Shown in pieces: positions 60,820 to 64,000 of a DNA stretch of 64,000 bases. The notes below the pieces were generated by a model. The model was given only the letters and a program-made list of their open reading frames with translations. It made no database searches and was not told the DNA's origin. Source of the stretch: an uncultured Clostridia bacterium. Its GTDB lineage: Bacteria > Bacillota > Clostridia > Oscillospirales > Acutalibacteraceae. How positions within the stretch are numbered: the stretch's first letter is position 1; each line of letters begins with the position of its first letter. The stretch spans positions 5,473 to 69,472 of the forward strand of contig CANQXE010000004.1 of the NCBI GenBank assembly GCA_947627725.1, written 5' to 3'. The translations under genes were made by a program, and so were the position numbers.

Positions 60820-61002
60820 TACCTCTCAAAAAATAAATATCACGGGCTATGCCCTGTCTTTTAAATGATAACATAACAAATTCTATAATTCAATAAGCTA
60901 AACAAACAATTGTAAATATTTTTTTATGGTATTTTAAAATATTGCATTAGCTTTAAAATATATGTATAATATATACATATCATAATTAAGGAGAAAAAAC
61001 TG

Positions 61003-61257
61003 ATGACTTATACATACACTCCAAAGGGCGTTTGCGCTCAGCAGATTACAATCGACATCAATGATGATAAAACAATTAAAAATATCACCTTTTTCGGCGG
61101 ATGCAACGGAAATCTTCAGGGAATATCCGCGCTTGCAAAGGGCAAAACTCTTGATGAGGTTATATGCTCACTTAAAGGTATAAGATGCGGTTTTAAACCT
61201 ACCTCCTGCCCTGACCAGCTTGCAAGGGCGCTTGAAGAGATTAAAAAAGAATTATAA
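61003..61257 (+). CDS. TIGR03905-family TSCPD-domain protein
   Basis: PKGVC, FFGGCNGNLQGI, GIRCG, TSCPDQLA. Confidence 0.9.
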   Translation: MTYTYTPKGVCAQQITIDINDDKTIKNITFFGGCNGNLQGISALAKGKTLDEVICSLKGIRCGFKPTSCPDQLARALEEIKKEL

Positions 61258-61272
61258 AAAGGAGTTAAACTT

Positions 61273-63618
61273 ATGTTACGACTCGAAAGCAGGGTACTTC
61301 AGCGTGAATTTAAGGTTCACGAGGAAAACCTCTATGCCTCACAAATAAGAAATACACTTTCACATATGGATTTAATACCTGACGGCAACAGCGTTGAATT
61401 TCTGTTTCATTTCACCGACGGAACAGAGTTCACCTCAAAGGGTCTCAAGGTTACAGACCACAAGCAGGAAAGCGGACGACTTTCTTTCACCTTTGCTGAA
61501 TGTGAGGGTATTACCGTTACATTGACCTTTTGGCCCGGCAAAGACGGAAATACGCTAAAAAAACAGATTTCATTTGTTCAGACAAGCGAAAAAATTATTG
61601 ATTACATTCTTTTGGAGCATATAGGTATAATTAATTCTAAAACGCATTTTTGCGTGCCGACTGATATTGAGGGAAATGAGCTGAGCGGATTTCACTCATC
61701 GCTCGGTCAGCCGTTTTATATTGACAGTCTTTTCTTCGGCTGTGAGTTTCCCGCTACTTTTAACTCAATTGTTTTCGGTATCGGTCAGGTAAAATACTAT
61801 CTCGGAAAAAATATAGGCGGTAAATTTGATTGCCCAGTGACAGTCGTCGGCGGTGCAAAAAGCAACACAATGGTTGATGTTCAAAAGGCTTTTTTCAGCT
61901 ATATTGACAATATTGCCGTACCTGTTGACTTTCGTCTGCAGTATAACAGCTGGTATGACCACATGCTGAACATAGACGCGGACAATATTGAAAAATCATT
62001 TTTTGAGATTGAAAAAAATCTTTCATCAAACGCAATACCTCCGATTGACGCATATGTAATTGACGATGGCTGGAATGATTATAAAGCGTCCTTCTGGAGC
62101 TTTAACAAGAAATTTCCCAATCAGCTTTATGATTCTTCCATAATCACAAAGCGTTTCGGTTCGGGACTCGGTCTCTGGCTCGGACCGAGAGGCGGATATA
62201 ACTATCAGGATAAATTCGCAAAGAAAATTGAAAAAAGCAGTAACGGCGCTTATAATGCACAAGCAAGAGATATCTGCGTCGCGGACAAAACCTATCAGAA
62301 AAACATTGAAAAATTTTTACTTAAAGCGACAAGGGATTTTGACCTCAGCTATTGGAAATTTGACGGTTTTTGTCTTAGTCCGTGTACTAATTCCAAGCAC
62401 AACCATACAGTCGGCGGAGAAAACGATATGTACTATTACACGGAAATGTGGGAGGGCTGGATTGAAATTTTCAAAAATCTCCGCAATCAGAGGAAAAAGC
62501 AGGGCAAGAACATCTGGATAAATATGACCTGCTATGTCAATCCGTCGCCGTGGTTGCTTCAGTATGTAAACAGTATTTGGCTGCAAAACAGTTCAGATAT
62601 CGGCTTTAGTGAAAATATTGTGCATCAATCCCGCCTCGACAGCGAGCTTACCTACCGTGATTCAAGATATTATGAAGCGCTCTGCACAAGAGCATGGCAG
62701 CTCCCGAACAAATATATTTATAATCACGAGCCTATCTACGGCAACTACGCAAAGGTGAATTACACCGACGAAGAATTTGAAAAATACCTTTATTTCAACG
62801 CATGCAGGGGACAGGCGTTAAATGAGCTTCATCTGAGCTATACCAAGATGAACAAAGCTAAGTGGAGAACGCTTTCAACGGTTTTGCAGTGGCAGAGAAG
62901 CAACTATGATATTTTGCAGAATGTCAGCTTTATCGGAGGCAGACCTGACGATAATAATGTTTACGGCTATTTCGGCTGGACGGAAAACGGCGACGGTATA
63001 ATCGCCCTCAGAAATCCGACCGACGAAAAAGCCCCTCTCACCCTTACGCTTAACAAGCTTATGGGCTGCCCGGAAAATCTTGAGAACGTTAAAAGGTACA
63101 ACATATATAACGAAAGCGGTAAGGAAAGCTATGACAGCTATTCATACGGCGATAAGATTGATATGACTCTTAAACCGTTTGAAATAAAAATCTTTCAATT
63201 CGGCAAAGAGGACAGAAGATACGATTATCTTAAAAATACAAATGAATTTACAATATCCTTCAAGTACGACGGTGAGGAAAATATCGTAATAGCGGAAAAC
63301 GATGATATACGTATTTCTGTTGAAAAGGGACTTGTCAACATAAAATGCGATAACCTTTTAATCCATTCGGAGAGCATTATCAGTTCAAACAGTCACAAGA
63401 TTACAATCGTCAGGGAAAAGAACAAAATGGTTAAGCTTTATATTGACAAGTATCTTGACTGCTCGGAATACAGCGCTGATTCAAAGCCTGAGATATCAAC
63501 AGAGTTTAACAGTGATGCAAAAGAATTTGCCGTTAAAAATAAAGCTACTCCTTATGACGAAATTATTACTCTTAAGGAAATACTAAGTAAAGTCGGCAAA
63601 AGAAGAAAGAAGATTTGA
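61273..63618 (+). CDS. GH36 alpha-N-acetylgalactosaminidase-like (C. perfringens AagA type) with C-terminal LamG-like extension
   Basis: LGQPFY..LFFGCEFP, FRLQYNSWYDHML, DAYVIDDGW, GLWLGPRGGY, YWKFDG, WINMTCYVNPSPW, TYRDS, YNHEPIY, LRNPTD. Confidence 0.8.
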   Translation: MLRLESRVLQREFKVHEENLYASQIRNTLSHMDLIPDGNSVEFLFHFTDGTEFTSKGLKVTDHKQESGRLSFTFAECEGITVTLTFWPGKDGNTLKKQISFVQTSEKIIDYILLEHIGIINSKTHFCVPTDIEGNELSGFHSSLGQPFYIDSLFFGCEFPATFNSIVFGIGQVKYYLGKNIGGKFDCPVTVVGGAKSNTMVDVQKAFFSYIDNIAVPVDFRLQYNSWYDHMLNIDADNIEKSFFEIEKNLSSNAIPPIDAYVIDDGWNDYKASFWSFNKKFPNQLYDSSIITKRFGSGLGLWLGPRGGYNYQDKFAKKIEKSSNGAYNAQARDICVADKTYQKNIEKFLLKATRDFDLSYWKFDGFCLSPCTNSKHNHTVGGENDMYYYTEMWEGWIEIFKNLRNQRKKQGKNIWINMTCYVNPSPWLLQYVNSIWLQNSSDIGFSENIVHQSRLDSELTYRDSRYYEALCTRAWQLPNKYIYNHEPIYGNYAKVNYTDEEFEKYLYFNACRGQALNELHLSYTKMNKAKWRTLSTVLQWQRSNYDILQNVSFIGGRPDDNNVYGYFGWTENGDGIIALRNPTDEKAPLTLTLNKLMGCPENLENVKRYNIYNESGKESYDSYSYGDKIDMTLKPFEIKIFQFGKEDRRYDYLKNTNEFTISFKYDGEENIVIAENDDIRISVEKGLVNIKCDNLLIHSESIISSNSHKITIVREKNKMVKLYIDKYLDCSEYSADSKPEISTEFNSDAKEFAVKNKATPYDEIITLKEILSKVGKRRKKI

Positions 63619-63620
63619 AT

Positions 63621-64000
63621 ATGAAATGTAAAAAATGCGGTTGCGATACCTTAATAAAAACTGATGACTGGTATAAGTGCGCTAACTGCGGCGCGGTTAT
63701 TTTTGATACTGAGGTACAGCTCGGAGATAAAACAAGCCCTACAAAAGAGGTTGAAAGTATTGAAAAAAGCGCCTATGAAAAAAAGCAAAAAAAAGCTCAG
63801 AAAAGCGAAAAGAGCACTGATGAAACCGAGGAAAAAAGCAAGCTCCGTGAGGTAATAGATTTTTGTATTCCCATTGTAATTGCCATTATTATTGCAATTA
63901 TTCTTAAAACCTTCGTTTTTGCAAACGCCGTTGTTCCCACAGGCTCAATGCTAAATACCATTCAGGAAAAGGACAGAATTATAGCAAGCCGTCTTGCCTA
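63621..64000 (+). CDS. lepB: signal peptidase I with N-terminal zinc ribbon (partial; missing from ORF track)
   Basis: MKCKKCGC..WYKCANCG, charged linker, TM, ANAVVPTGSMLNTIQEKDRII (catalytic Ser box); open to window end. Confidence 0.88.
   Translation, partial: MKCKKCGCDTLIKTDDWYKCANCGAVIFDTEVQLGDKTSPTKEVESIEKSAYEKKQKKAQKSEKSTDETEEKSKLREVIDFCIPIVIAIIIAIILKTFVFANAVVPTGSMLNTIQEKDRIIASRLA

Noticed and set aside
63664-63855. 63-aa ORF listed in the track
   Set aside because: Alternate frame inside the real lepB ORF starting at 63621

Overview
Chromosomal window from a moderately AT-rich, probably spore-forming Clostridia member (Oscillospirales/Eubacterium-like; inferred from gene content such as spoIIE and ytvI). 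It is mostly core genome: murI-DUF1934-argS-radical SAM, spoIIE, aroE/aroK, acpP, glpK-Ldh-malic enzyme, hrcA-grpE-dnaK-dnaJ with a perfect CIRCE, alr, iscS-thiI, ilvA-ridA, RR-HK-htrA, ilvC, thrR-hom-lysC and iolG-iolD-iolE. It also has two host-glycan hydrolases (GH95 fucosidase, GH36 alpha-GalNAcase-like) and an N-terminally extended signal peptidase I cut by the window end. There are two AT-rich accessory patches: about 29.3-32.4 kb (ECF sigma, anti-sigma, a deleted secreted-protein gene, vanZ, a secreted protein) and about 54.6-56.0 kb (orphan membrane-anchored gene plus a heavily deleted IS transposase). No rRNA, tRNA or CRISPR array was seen. The best leads are regulatory. (1) A LexA-box promoter drives a two-gene operon encoding a sigma-region-4-only protein. 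(2) Back-to-back with it is an unannotated ~100-nt sigmaA-driven RNA carrying an anti-Shine-Dalgarno tract. (3) A repeated GTTAC-N16-ACAACT motif probably defines the ECF sigma's own promoters, including one for vanZ. Several proteins also look like degenerate enzymes (MreB-like, GlmS-like, sortase B-like). All assignments are from motif recognition by eye, without database searches.
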